In this document: positions 53,092 through 62,818 of the stretch, one piece after another
How the letters are laid out: each line of letters opens with the position of its first letter
How positions within the stretch are numbered: the first letter of the stretch is position 1
Source: a virus
Virus record (IMG/VR): IMGVR_UViG_3300031857_011362
Span: 60,443-124,442 of that record
Length of the DNA: 64,000 nucleotides
Strand: one strand, 5' to 3'
The notes under the pieces: generated by a model
Database searches by the model: none
What the model saw: the letters and a program-made list of their open reading frames with translations, nothing else
Told to the model about the DNA's origin: nothing
Program-made: the position numbers and the translations under genes

Positions 53092-53511
53092 ATGTTAGAA
53101 TGTTTAATTTTAGGTGATAGTATTGCAGTTGGAGTAGCACAATTTCGTCCTGAATGTGTGGCTTATGCTAAAGGTGGGATTAATTCTCGACAATGGGTAA
53201 ACAGCTACATTACCAAAAACCTGTCAGCAAATACAGTAATTATTAGTTTGGGTAGTAACGACCACATGGGCGTTAAAACTGTAAAGGAGTTGCGTACTAT
53301 GCGGGAACTGACTAAAGCTAAACGTGTGTTTTGGATTTTACCTTCAGGGGTGAACCCAAAGAACAACGTACCAGTGAATGATATTCAACAAATGGTACGG
53401 TTAGTTGCAGACGAATACAGTGATATTGTATTACCTGTTACACGATTACAAGCGGATGGAATACATCCAAGTACAGCTGGCTACAAAGAGTTAGCAAATA
53501 ATACGAGGTAA
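53092..53511 (+). CDS. SGNH hydrolase-like protein
   Basis: GDS, LGSND, DGIHP. Confidence 0.8.
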   Translation: MLECLILGDSIAVGVAQFRPECVAYAKGGINSRQWVNSYITKNLSANTVIISLGSNDHMGVKTVKELRTMRELTKAKRVFWILPSGVNPKNNVPVNDIQQMVRLVADEYSDIVLPVTRLQADGIHPSTAGYKELANNTR

Positions 53512-53516
53512 TTTAA

Positions 53517-53981
53517 ATGTGGATTGAAAATGTAGCGGCGGCAGATATACCTACTAGGTTTCATCATGATGCCGGCGAAAATAGTATGCTAATTAGCATC
53601 GTAGATCCTGCTAGTTGGAGACCAACACCTGCTCACAAGTTTAAAGAAATTCACAATTTTGAATTCTTAGATGTAGAACGTAATGACTTTGTACTTGAGG
53701 AAGCTATGAAATGTAGCCAAGAACAAGCAAACGAATTAGTCCGATTACTACAACATGCCAAAGACAATAGAATGAACGTTGTTGTTCATTGTTATGCAGG
53801 TATATGCCGTAGTGGTGCTGTATGTGAAGTTGGTGTCATGATGGGCTTTGAAGATACCGGAAGATTTCGTAGCCCCAACCTACTTGTCAAGCATCGTATG
53901 ATGAAAGCATTAGGTTGGACATATGATGAAGATGAAAAGCCAAACGTTGATGATTGGCGAACTTTTAGGAATATAGAATGA
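53517..53981 (+). CDS. Protein tyrosine/dual-specificity phosphatase-like protein
   Basis: VHCYAGICRS (CX5R). Confidence 0.8.
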   Translation: MWIENVAAADIPTRFHHDAGENSMLISIVDPASWRPTPAHKFKEIHNFEFLDVERNDFVLEEAMKCSQEQANELVRLLQHAKDNRMNVVVHCYAGICRSGAVCEVGVMMGFEDTGRFRSPNLLVKHRMMKALGWTYDEDEKPNVDDWRTFRNIE

Positions 53982-54286
53982 ACAAGTTTATTAAAGATGG
54001 AATGGTTGCTGTACTAATATCACCCGGCTTCGGTGCAGGATGGTACACATGGAACTATGAGCGTCCTGAAATTCTTTTTGATCCCGGGATAGTAGATTTG
54101 GTTGACCAAAATATGTGGTCTGAATTGGAAACATATGTGACATTGAAGTATCCTGAAATCTACAAAGGTGGTATGGAAGATTTAAGAATAGTGTGGGTAC
54201 CAGAAGGCACTATGTTTAAAATACATGAGTATGATGGTAGTGAATCTATTGAATACAAAGAAAATGACCACTGGATGGTTGCATAG
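53978..54286 (+). CDS. Hypothetical protein
   Basis: SPGFGAGW..I.EYDG.ES. Confidence 0.6.
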   Translation: MNKFIKDGMVAVLISPGFGAGWYTWNYERPEILFDPGIVDLVDQNMWSELETYVTLKYPEIYKGGMEDLRIVWVPEGTMFKIHEYDGSESIEYKENDHWMVA

Positions 54287-54354
54287 AAGTCACTACCCAA
54301 AAGCACTTGATACATAATATCGTTGAGTGCTATAATAGCAATAGAGAAAATCCT

Positions 54355-54633
54355 ATGATCTATTTTAGCTTTAACATTCAAAATCCTCGGTCTAATAAAT
54401 TTAAAAATTTATTTTCTAAAACTGGTCGCCTTATCAAAAATAAATTTTGGGAAATAAGTCTTTACAAAGATCCGGTACTGGTTAGACTAACTGTTGAAAT
54501 TAATTTTCGTAAGGATCATGGCGGAATAGATATGGAAATAGGATTTATGGGATACTCAATCGGTCTACAAATTTATGACAACCGACACTGGGATAATAAA
54601 AAAGCCACATGGGCAAATAATGAAACAAACTAA
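54355..54633 (+). CDS. Hypothetical protein
   Basis: ORF after TTGATA-N18-TATAAT. Confidence 0.5.
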   Translation: MIYFSFNIQNPRSNKFKNLFSKTGRLIKNKFWEISLYKDPVLVRLTVEINFRKDHGGIDMEIGFMGYSIGLQIYDNRHWDNKKATWANNETN

Positions 54634-54853
54634 AGAAGAAATCATTCATATGATGTGTTTGGAGTATAGACATGATTTTGGACTACGAAAATCAGATAAT
54701 TCTAATCCATTAGAATCAGGAATGACTGAAAAGGATGCCAAAGTACTTTACAAAGTAATGGAGTTCATATACAATGAACTTATAAAATTACATGAATCAA
54801 GAAAACTCAAAGGAAAACCAAATGAACCTAAAAGACGTAAACGAAAATTTTGA
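54620..54853 (+). CDS. Hypothetical protein
   Basis: Coupled ORF. Confidence 0.5.
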   Translation: MKQTKEEIIHMMCLEYRHDFGLRKSDNSNPLESGMTEKDAKVLYKVMEFIYNELIKLHESRKLKGKPNEPKRRKRKF

Positions 54854-55334
54854 ACATCGTATCACTGGTGGTAGCGAATACACTTGGAACTGTTATGGTC
54901 CTAACGCCCGTTATTTAGATTACGAAAGTAACTATGGAACGGGATCTTGCATCTTTGATTCTCAGACACAGGAAATTTACGAAGTGTCCGTCGAGGTCAA
55001 GGAGTCAGACAATCGCCCTTATCGATGGTTGAATCCTGACACTAAACAAGTTATGTTTGACGAGGCTTCTTATCGCAATGTGGATTGTGACATGGCATGG
55101 GATAACATCAAGTGGGTTGATCTGGAAACTGAACAAGACTTTTTAGAAAAAGCAAATGCTATTTTTAAAGGTCAACCATATGATACACGTGTTAGTGTAC
55201 CACTAGATTTGAATGATGAGGAGTTGTTTGCTATGATGAAGCTAGCGCATCAACGAGATATCACTCTTAATCAATTGATGGTAGAAGTATTGCAAGCCGC
55301 AATTGATAGTAATAAGCAAGAACAACATGAATAA
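54822..55334 (+). CDS. Hypothetical protein, possible C-terminal ribbon-helix-helix
   Basis: L..AH.RDITLNQL..EVL. Confidence 0.55.
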   Translation: MNLKDVNENFEHRITGGSEYTWNCYGPNARYLDYESNYGTGSCIFDSQTQEIYEVSVEVKESDNRPYRWLNPDTKQVMFDEASYRNVDCDMAWDNIKWVDLETEQDFLEKANAIFKGQPYDTRVSVPLDLNDEELFAMMKLAHQRDITLNQLMVEVLQAAIDSNKQEQHE

Positions 55335-55617
55335 CATTTTAAATGGAATTTTTACTTGGATCAAAGATGATTACAAAACTAACAGATTTCGTTTTTTTAT
55401 TGAAGTTTTGGCTTGGGCAATTTCAATTGGCTGTAGCATTGCGATGGCTTTCACTGTACCCAATCCACCTCTTCTTTACTTGTATCCTGCTTGGATTGCT
55501 GGCTGTGCTATGTATGCTTGGGCTAGTTTTACTAGGAAATCATTTGGGATGCTTGCTAACTACATATTGTTAACAACCATTGATACGATAGGTTTAACTA
55601 GGATGCTAATACAATGA
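55327..55617 (+). CDS. Membrane protein
   Basis: Three hydrophobic segments. Confidence 0.6.
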   Translation: MNNILNGIFTWIKDDYKTNRFRFFIEVLAWAISIGCSIAMAFTVPNPPLLYLYPAWIAGCAMYAWASFTRKSFGMLANYILLTTIDTIGLTRMLIQ

Positions 55618-56081
55618 AAACTTGGACAGTTGAATTACAAGACGATCCCGAAACAGGTGATTGTATTTTAGAGTTTCCGCCCGATATGCTAGCAGAAACG
55701 GGTTGGAAAGAGGGTGATGTATTACAATGGCATGATAACAAAGATGGATCATTTACTATGACAAAAAAAGAAACACAATGGGTATTAGTTGAGGCGATAA
55801 GCACATTCCGTCAACGTTACATGGTTGAAGTTCCAACAGGTACTGATGACTATGGTAAAGATAAAAGTGAGTGGGCACTAGATACTGTCACTATGAATGA
55901 GGCACAGGAATTTAGCCAAGAACACATTGGTGAACAAATCATTAGCCATCGTATCGTCACAAAAGACGAAGCCTTGACTTTATGTGATAAGGATAATGAT
56001 TATTGCAGTTCGTGGTCCGAAGAGCAAAAAGTAAATTCATTTTTTACACCCTGGAAAGAAAAAAATGGCACGAGCGATTGA
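55614..56081 (+). CDS. AbrB/MazE-like N-terminal domain protein
   Basis: L..P..L..GWKEGD.L.W. Confidence 0.55.
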   Translation: MKTWTVELQDDPETGDCILEFPPDMLAETGWKEGDVLQWHDNKDGSFTMTKKETQWVLVEAISTFRQRYMVEVPTGTDDYGKDKSEWALDTVTMNEAQEFSQEHIGEQIISHRIVTKDEALTLCDKDNDYCSSWSEEQKVNSFFTPWKEKNGTSD

Positions 56082-56388
56082 AATGACACATACTAAAACT
56101 GGTATCGTCAAGCAAGGATATATCGGTTTTAGTTATAGTTACTTTTTCTTAGGAATCTTTAGTCTTGGCTGGGTCGTGCCACTCTATCGTGGCAACTTAG
56201 TTATGGCATTGATTTGTCTTATTTTTCACATGTTTACTTTGCCGTTGTGGATGTTAACTGCACTATTGTTTGGTGTGTTATTTAACAAATTTTACACACT
56301 GAGACTTATTGAAGAAGGTTACCGATTCACCGATAGTGACGAAGAATTGGTTGCACGTGCTAAAACAATTTTGGGAGTAACGAAATGA
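56065..56388 (+). CDS. Membrane protein
   Basis: GFS.S.FF..W.VPL.RG, hydrophobic helices. Confidence 0.6.
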   Translation: MARAIEMTHTKTGIVKQGYIGFSYSYFFLGIFSLGWVVPLYRGNLVMALICLIFHMFTLPLWMLTALLFGVLFNKFYTLRLIEEGYRFTDSDEELVARAKTILGVTK

Positions 56389-56720
56389 CAGAAACACTTA
56401 ATTGGATCAACACCGATGTTAAAGTTACCGATGAACTTGAACCAAAATTACACAAGTGGTTGAAGGGTGTATTGGTATCTACGCCAGTAACCGTTACTTT
56501 TACAAAAGTTGATGGTACTGTACGTGTAATGAAATGCACATTGGAATCTGAAAAGATTCCTAAAGTTGAGATTAAAGAAGATGCAAAGCCACGCAAACAA
56601 TCTGACAGTACAAAGGCACTACGTGTGTTTGACTTAGAAAAGAAAGAATGGCGTAGCTTTACAATTAAAAATATTAAACGCATTGAATTTACGATTGGTG
56701 GGGAAGATGGTACGGTATGA
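56385..56720 (+). CDS. DUF2693/WYL-like SH3-fold phage protein
   Basis: VTFTKVDGT.R.M.CT..VFDLEK..WRSF. Confidence 0.65.
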   Translation: MTETLNWINTDVKVTDELEPKLHKWLKGVLVSTPVTVTFTKVDGTVRVMKCTLESEKIPKVEIKEDAKPRKQSDSTKALRVFDLEKKEWRSFTIKNIKRIEFTIGGEDGTV

Positions 56721-56937
56721 TGAAACATGTGCAGTGAAATGCGTTGACAACGGAGAAACAGTTACGGCTGATATCTTAGACCACAAACCACAATTATTGT
56801 TAAGCGTAAGTCTAAACAAAAGTATCAAAATGATCCTCAAATATTCCCCGAAGAATGACGAGTATCAAGGCGATCTATACGGTAGAACTTTTGTTTCTAA
56901 AGGCCCAAAGGGCAAGCACTACACTACCGGACGATAA
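56707..56937 (+). CDS. Hypothetical protein
   Basis: Coupled ORF. Confidence 0.5.
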   Translation: MVRYDETCAVKCVDNGETVTADILDHKPQLLLSVSLNKSIKMILKYSPKNDEYQGDLYGRTFVSKGPKGKHYTTGR

Positions 56938-56939
56938 AT

Positions 56940-56968
56940 TTGACAATAAATACCCATTGTGCTATACT
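56940..56968 (+). promoter_or_regulatory. sigma70-type promoter
   Basis: TTGACA-N17-TATACT. Confidence 0.75.
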
Positions 56969-56975
56969 ATGGGTT

Positions 56976-57131
56976 ATGAAAAGACAAATACTATCATTCA
57001 AAATTGAACAACCCAAACATCGGGTTCATCGTGTGTTGTTTTCTGACAACACACCTTTTAAGCCTAAGGTTGTACAATCTAAGGTTCAGTACCGTCGTAA
57101 AGACAAGCATCCTAACCGCACCGAAATTTGA
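56976..57131 (+). CDS. Small basic protein, ArfA-like
   Basis: LF..PF..KVV..K..YRRK.KH. Confidence 0.45.
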   Translation: MKRQILSFKIEQPKHRVHRVLFSDNTPFKPKVVQSKVQYRRKDKHPNRTEI

Positions 57132-57156
57132 CATTTAATGGTGTTGGCTATACAAT
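57128..57156 (+). promoter_or_regulatory. sigma70-type promoter
   Basis: TTGACA-N17-TACAAT. Confidence 0.78.
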
Positions 57157-57185
57157 AGAGTCTTATTCAATCAAAAGGAGTTCTT

Positions 57186-57473
57186 ATGAACATCAAGCAA
57201 ATTAATACTGCTATCATGCAGGGTGACTTTACTAATGAAGAATTGAACAGCATCACCGATGCAATTCGTTTTGCACGTGCCCAACTAGTGGTGCGTAATA
57301 AATCGGTATTGACAATCGGATCCAAGGTTACGTTTACAAGTTCTACACGGGGCACAATGGTTGGCTCTGTTAAAAAAATCAATCGTAAGTTTATCTTAGT
57401 TGATACGCAAGCCCCCGGCTCATTCACTAGTGGTGTTTGGAAAGTACCCGCTAGTATGTTGACACTTGTATAA
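57186..57473 (+). CDS. Hypothetical protein (possible SH3/KOW-like C-terminus)
   Basis: RBS AAGGAG; G.KV.F..G.V.KIN.K..WKVP. Confidence 0.6.
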   Translation: MNIKQINTAIMQGDFTNEELNSITDAIRFARAQLVVRNKSVLTIGSKVTFTSSTRGTMVGSVKKINRKFILVDTQAPGSFTSGVWKVPASMLTLV

Positions 57474-57482
57474 GGAACAATC

Positions 57483-57695
57483 ATGGAAAAGATTGCAGGT
57501 GTAGTTGGTGTAGTTGTCCTAGGTATTATGGGCTTGCTAGCTCTCAGTTTCTTGTTGAGTTGGCCGGTGTATATGCTTTGGAATGGTTGTTTAGTTGGTG
57601 CTATTGCAGGTGTTAGTGAGGTGTCTTGGTTGCAGGCATGGGGACTGACAGTGCTATGTGGCTTTTTGTTTAAATCTAATGTGAGTAAATCGTAA
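57483..57695 (+). CDS. Small membrane protein
   Basis: Two hydrophobic helices, RBS AAGGA. Confidence 0.6.
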   Translation: MEKIAGVVGVVVLGIMGLLALSFLLSWPVYMLWNGCLVGAIAGVSEVSWLQAWGLTVLCGFLFKSNVSKS

Positions 57696-57859
57696 TGAGT
57701 AAAATGGCAGACTTGGAAATCACAATCGAGGAAATGTTGGAAAAGGGCGACCACCCTGCAACAATCTCCGCAGTACTTAATGTTCCAGTAACTTGGGTGT
57801 ATGCAGTATCAGAATACACTGTAGAGGAATTGAGTCCTTTCATAACTGTCAATTCTTGA
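57695..57859 (+). CDS. Small hypothetical protein
   Basis: 54-aa coupled ORF MSKMADLE... Confidence 0.45.
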   Translation: MSKMADLEITIEEMLEKGDHPATISAVLNVPVTWVYAVSEYTVEELSPFITVNS

Positions 57860-57861
57860 AG

Positions 57862-57890
57862 TTGACAACAAATCCTTTTGGCTCTATAAT
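57862..57890 (+). promoter_or_regulatory. sigma70-type promoter
   Basis: TTGACA-N17-TATAAT. Confidence 0.8.
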
Positions 57891-57922
57891 GGCCATAATG
57901 TTCAACAACTTATAGGTAAAAA

Positions 57923-59734
57923 ATGAAGCGAAATAAAACAGCAGTAGCATTAGCAGTTGACGAAATCTCAATTCCCAGTATTGAACCCCTGCAACAAGAA
58001 TATTTGGTAGATAATATTATTGATGCAATAACTAAGTTTTTAAAATCAGTAACAAAAAAAGCCATCGTTGTACAGGCTCCAACTGGTAGTGGTAAAAGTT
58101 TTACTATTACCAATTACACTGCAATTCTCATTGCACAACATTTTAAGAAAATCAAAAATGTTTTCTTTGCGGCACCATCACAAGAATGTGTTGACGAGCC
58201 TCTAGAAAGCATGATGAAGTACGATGGTACTTACATCGGTAACAAGCTAGTCAAAGTTTACGACAGTAAGCAATTAAAGTATTCATTAGAAAATGATATT
58301 GATTTGCCGGGTGACATTCGTTATTTCTTTATGACTACACAGTACATGTACGGTCTATATGAAAATTATGATCCTGCAAATCCTGATGACTTTGATTTGA
58401 TGTTGCCTGATCTGATTTTTAATGATGAGGCACATCGTGGTTTAGGTGTACCTGATAAGTCAACTACTAAAGATGACCAAGGAACTACTAATAATAACTG
58501 GGAACCCAAATGGTTTGACATGCAGACTGCAATGATGGATAGTGGTACTGTTGTCATTCACTTGACTGCAACACCTACGCAATCTCAACGTATGAAGACA
58601 TTGGTTGGTGCTGACAAGTACATACAATTACCTACAATGCCTAAATTCAAAGAATCAAACGCATTCACTAAGTTTGAATATCACGGCAATCGTGAAGATT
58701 TGTACGAGACATTAGAAGCCGCTTACAAGACATTTGCGTGGCAAGTTAATGAGATTCGCAATCAACAGATTTTGATTCCACAAGACACTTGGGATTCGGT
58801 GTCGGACAAGATGCCTAAAATGATGCCCGGCATCATTATTAGTTTGGGACGCAACAATGCAGTTAATGGTATTCCAATTGATGCAGTAATGAAAGACGTT
58901 AAGGAGTTTGTCAAACGAATCAATGCGGTATTGTTTGTTTCTACATCTAAGGAAAAACATTTTGATGGTAAGACTATCAAGCGCATGAGTGACGGCATTA
59001 AATTGGCTAATAGCCCTGCTTATCTAAATCGACCGCTTGTAATGGTTGTTGTTGATTCAGGTAAGATGGGTATTAATATTCCTCGATTGATTACAGCAGT
59101 AGTTTGCAAAGTCCCTGCACAACAAAAGATTCATAACAGTTATACACAGTTTGTTGCACGTACTTGTCGTTTGCCTTTCTTCCGAGATCATGAACTGGGA
59201 ATTGAGTTTATTCGCAAAATGAAAGTGTCCGATGAGGTGAAATCTTTGGTGTGTTCTTATTATTCATTATTGTCTACCTCGTTTGCTATTCTTCCGCAAG
59301 ATACTGAACTGATGCAATTAGTAGAAGAATTCTACACAGAAGATACATTTGAAATGATTGATGGCATTGATTACATTCTTAAAGGAGTCTTTGGGGGCAA
59401 AGACCCAAAAAAGTTAGTATCGGGCTTGCGGCTCGCTTTCGACAGAGGACAACTAAACTCGTTGTTTCGAAAGGACCACTGCGAAGCCTGCAAAGGTACT
59501 TGCTTTGAACAAGCAATTAAGGGTTACATCAATCAATATGGAGATGATACTTCTAAGCTAGGTGATTTTATCAATGATTGGAAAACTACATTGCAAGTTG
59601 ACCACATTGATGGTAATCGTTATAATAATGACCCATCTAATCATGCAACAGTATGCCCGAACGTTCACATGTTAAAGACACAACGACAAAAGGATTTTCT
59701 AAACACATACACTTTTGGTAAAGCAAAGGATTGA
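57923..59734 (+). CDS. SF2 (DEAH) helicase fused to C-terminal HNH nuclease
   Basis: APTGSGKS, DEAH, LTATP, GINIP, QFVAR..R; CEAC..QVDHIDG..NN..N..VCPN.H. Confidence 0.82.
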   Translation: MKRNKTAVALAVDEISIPSIEPLQQEYLVDNIIDAITKFLKSVTKKAIVVQAPTGSGKSFTITNYTAILIAQHFKKIKNVFFAAPSQECVDEPLESMMKYDGTYIGNKLVKVYDSKQLKYSLENDIDLPGDIRYFFMTTQYMYGLYENYDPANPDDFDLMLPDLIFNDEAHRGLGVPDKSTTKDDQGTTNNNWEPKWFDMQTAMMDSGTVVIHLTATPTQSQRMKTLVGADKYIQLPTMPKFKESNAFTKFEYHGNREDLYETLEAAYKTFAWQVNEIRNQQILIPQDTWDSVSDKMPKMMPGIIISLGRNNAVNGIPIDAVMKDVKEFVKRINAVLFVSTSKEKHFDGKTIKRMSDGIKLANSPAYLNRPLVMVVVDSGKMGINIPRLITAVVCKVPAQQKIHNSYTQFVARTCRLPFFRDHELGIEFIRKMKVSDEVKSLVCSYYSLLSTSFAILPQDTELMQLVEEFYTEDTFEMIDGIDYILKGVFGGKDPKKLVSGLRLAFDRGQLNSLFRKDHCEACKGTCFEQAIKGYINQYGDDTSKLGDFINDWKTTLQVDHIDGNRYNNDPSNHATVCPNVHMLKTQRQKDFLNTYTFGKAKD

Positions 59735-59765
59735 CTTTTTCTAAATATACGTATATAATAGACAC

Positions 59766-60767
59766 ATGACAACATACGCACTCATCGATACGGCAAACAC
59801 TTTTTTTAGAGCACGCCACGTAGCATCACGTGGTGCTTCCGCAGAAGAAAAGGTAGCACAAGCATTGCATATCACCCTCGCTTCAGTGAACCAAGCGGTC
59901 CAGCGTTATAAGATCGATCACGTTGTCTTCTGCTTAGAGGGTAGATCGTTTCGCCGTGATCTGTACGCACCTTATAAGAGGAATCGTGTAGTTGATGAAC
60001 AATCAGTTACTGAAGAAGAATTGGAAGAGTCACGCCAATTTTGGGAAACGTATCAAGTTTTCACAGATTATATTTCACAGAAAACTAATGCAAGTGTCCT
60101 AAGGCATGAACGTGCTGAAGCCGATGACATGATTGCAAGATTTATCGCACTGCATCCAGCAGATAAACATTTTATCATCTCAACGGACACAGATTATGAC
60201 CAATTAATAACCGACAAAGTTTTTAGATACTCGGGCGTGGCCGGAGAACTTGTAACTCTCACTGGTTATCTCAAAGAGAATGGTCGGCCTGTTATTGATA
60301 AGAAAACTAAAGAGCCTAAACTGTTGGAAGATCCTGAGTACGGTCTCTTTAAAAAATTAGTCAGAGGAGATACATCCGACAATGTACATCCATCATACCC
60401 AGGTGCCAGAGAAAAAGGCACTAAAAACAAAATTGGAATCCGAGAGGCGTTCGAAGATCGTCACAAGCAAGGATTTCATTACAATTCGTTTATGCTTAGC
60501 CGATTTATCGACTATGATGGTAAGGAAGTGCGAGTTAGAGATGCATTTGAGAGGAACCGCACCCTGATTGATCTTACTGCACAACCCCAAGAAATCAAAG
60601 ATGCTGTGGATCAACGTATTCGAGAAAGTGTTCGCACAACTATCACCCCGACCGTCGGTGTACATTTCCTTCGCTTCTGTGGCAAGTATGAGTTGGTGAA
60701 GTTGAGCGAAAAGGCCGAGACCTTCAGTGCATGGTTGAACCGCCCTTACACAGGAGTACTAGCATGA
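59766..60767 (+). CDS. RNase H / 5'-3' exonuclease (T4 rnh-like)
   Basis: LID..N.FFR, YK.NR, EADD.I, STD.DY.QL, GD.SDNV. Confidence 0.9.
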   Translation: MTTYALIDTANTFFRARHVASRGASAEEKVAQALHITLASVNQAVQRYKIDHVVFCLEGRSFRRDLYAPYKRNRVVDEQSVTEEELEESRQFWETYQVFTDYISQKTNASVLRHERAEADDMIARFIALHPADKHFIISTDTDYDQLITDKVFRYSGVAGELVTLTGYLKENGRPVIDKKTKEPKLLEDPEYGLFKKLVRGDTSDNVHPSYPGAREKGTKNKIGIREAFEDRHKQGFHYNSFMLSRFIDYDGKEVRVRDAFERNRTLIDLTAQPQEIKDAVDQRIRESVRTTITPTVGVHFLRFCGKYELVKLSEKAETFSAWLNRPYTGVLA

Positions 60768-61000
60768 ACAAACGATTTGAAGACTTGATGTATCATGCGG
60801 GACTTACTGCACAGGGATGCTGGGATGAATTAGGCACCTATGAACAAGAAGCTATCGAAAAGTTCGCCGAGTTGATTCTAATCGAAGTAACGGACATACT
60901 CTCAACTTATCGTGGTAAGGTGGTGTTTACAGACGGTGCTGAATACAACTATGAGCATCCTATCATTGCTATTAGAAAACATTTCGGAGTTGAAGAATGA
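60764..61000 (+). CDS. Hypothetical protein
   Basis: KFAELI..I.KHFGVE family. Confidence 0.6.
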   Translation: MNKRFEDLMYHAGLTAQGCWDELGTYEQEAIEKFAELILIEVTDILSTYRGKVVFTDGAEYNYEHPIIAIRKHFGVEE

Positions 61001-61194
61001 ACGAACAATTAATTAGTGATTTGGTTGTAGAGACACAACGTCATATGACGGGTAGTGGTAGCAGAGAATTTGTTCAAAAGTTTACTGAATTGATAGTGAA
61101 AGAATGTGGTGTAGCGTTAAGTCCTATGTTGCGTGATATGATTAGTAGAGGTGAAGCGTTTGATTTGGTTAAACAACATTTTGGAGTTGAATAA
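60997..61194 (+). CDS. Hypothetical protein
   Basis: KFTELIV.EC..HFGVE; paralog of preceding gene. Confidence 0.6.
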   Translation: MNEQLISDLVVETQRHMTGSGSREFVQKFTELIVKECGVALSPMLRDMISRGEAFDLVKQHFGVE

Positions 61195-61430
61195 TGGATA
61201 TAGATAAATCAGTGGTATTTTTAGCAGGCAGTGTATTGATTATGTTTGGGTTTGTTATAATTGTTGCAGGTTGTGCAGTAATCAATAATATCTTGCACAA
61301 ATACTGGAAACCTGTTAGAATATTCACATCAGACAGTTGGCAACCTTTTAGTGGAATTCCACGCTATGCAACAGAAGAAGAACTTGCAAAGATTGAACCT
61401 CACATTAACAAACTAGATATTAAAAAATGA
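61194..61430 (+). CDS. Small membrane protein
   Basis: One hydrophobic helix. Confidence 0.55.
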   Translation: MDIDKSVVFLAGSVLIMFGFVIIVAGCAVINNILHKYWKPVRIFTSDSWQPFSGIPRYATEEELAKIEPHINKLDIKK

Positions 61431-61654
61431 CATACACTATTGCTAATAAAACTATTAAAACAATACGTAAGGGCGATGTAGATTTTCATATTCACAATGG
61501 ATTTCTTATGTCGCCACGTGCTGGATTTGAAATTAGTAACAAATGTCCAAGTCAGTATAAATTAATGATTGTAGAAGCTATTAGAAATGGTTGGGTAGAA
61601 CCAGTAGCATACATGAAAGATTCTGAGTACATGTGGGAAAAACTGAAAGACTAA
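61427..61654 (+). CDS. Hypothetical protein
   Basis: Coupled ORF. Confidence 0.55.
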   Translation: MTYTIANKTIKTIRKGDVDFHIHNGFLMSPRAGFEISNKCPSQYKLMIVEAIRNGWVEPVAYMKDSEYMWEKLKD

Positions 61655-61655
61655 T

Positions 61656-61868
61656 ATGAAAGATAAAAACATTCGCATTGATTTAGGTGGCATCACTTCA
61701 ATGCTTGACAGAGAGCAATTTGGCCTGCTCATAGATGCTATGGTAGACAAGTACGTTGAGTTATATGGATTAGATAACTTAATGAATGATGAACCGATTA
61801 AGCCTAAGTATGACTGTGAAAACATTACTGAGGCTAGTGTTTATCTTAAGAAATTTCGATTAAAATGA
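61656..61868 (+). CDS. Hypothetical protein
   Basis: Coupled ORF. Confidence 0.5.
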   Translation: MKDKNIRIDLGGITSMLDREQFGLLIDAMVDKYVELYGLDNLMNDEPIKPKYDCENITEASVYLKKFRLK

Positions 61869-61879
61869 AAAGGGATAAC

Positions 61880-62335
61880 ATGAATCTAATAGCCAAACCA
61901 ATAATAAAAAACCAATATTGGGTTGTAACCGATGGAAAGAAAAAAGTCGGTAACGTAACTGCGGAGGGCAACGGGTTCGATGTAAAGATTGGTAATAATA
62001 TTGAACATTACAATACGACTAAAGCCATTCAAAAAACAAAAAACATAGAATTTACTAAGATAGCTAAAGTAAAATCTAGTGAGCCTCCGTTTGCAGTTTT
62101 TCCAACTGATAGAACTATCATTTATAATAGTGTATTAGATGTGCGAAAAAAGCTACATTTGTACACTACCACACCTAAGAGCAAGTGTTACTATGCGGCC
62201 GGATGGTTCGCTATCAAACAAGGCCATGAATTTGTTAGTATTTTTTGCCCTAAGTACATTTTCATACAGCGTTACGAGTACACTGGCCCTTTTAAGACGG
62301 AAAAAGAGGCAAATAGTAGCATAAATAGTGTATGA
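61880..62335 (+). CDS. Hypothetical protein
   Basis: Coupled ORF, CYYAAGW..CPK motif. Confidence 0.6.
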   Translation: MNLIAKPIIKNQYWVVTDGKKKVGNVTAEGNGFDVKIGNNIEHYNTTKAIQKTKNIEFTKIAKVKSSEPPFAVFPTDRTIIYNSVLDVRKKLHLYTTTPKSKCYYAAGWFAIKQGHEFVSIFCPKYIFIQRYEYTGPFKTEKEANSSINSV

Positions 62336-62520
62336 GCAATATAAAGAAGTTTATCGATAAGATTGTAACCGCAGAAGGCCGTCAGGCCCGTGAAGTGATT
62401 ATGACCCTCAACGATGCCAAAGAACTACGTGATGAGCTTTTGAAGATATTGCTAGACCAACGTGAAAACGTTAAAGAGCCCGAAACAATTCAAGTTGTAA
62501 TGTCGGGAGGAAAATGGTAA
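62332..62520 (+). CDS. Hypothetical protein
   Basis: Coupled ORF. Confidence 0.55.
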   Translation: MSNIKKFIDKIVTAEGRQAREVIMTLNDAKELRDELLKILLDQRENVKEPETIQVVMSGGKW

Positions 62521-62524
62521 AATA

Positions 62525-62818
62525 ATGAGCAGAACACAACCGAAAGTCATACTAGAAATAGTAGATAAAACAAGTTATAAATGTGACCAGATCGTTGAAG
62601 CTGCCGGAATTTGGGCGGTATTTTATGACGGTTGTCCCATCAACTTAAAAAGCCAACACTATTTGGATAGTGAAGCCGTGCCTAAGTATAAAAAGACCAG
62701 TTTCAGTAATCCTGGTCATGCAAGAAACCTGTGTCGTAAACTCAACGCACAATTTAAAAGTGATAAATTTAGTGTTGTGTTTATGAACAACGGCACCAAA
62801 GTTTATCCTGATGAGTAA
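62525..62818 (+). CDS. Hypothetical protein
   Basis: YKKTSFSNPGHA.NL motif. Confidence 0.6.
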   Translation: MSRTQPKVILEIVDKTSYKCDQIVEAAGIWAVFYDGCPINLKSQHYLDSEAVPKYKKTSFSNPGHARNLCRKLNAQFKSDKFSVVFMNNGTKVYPDE

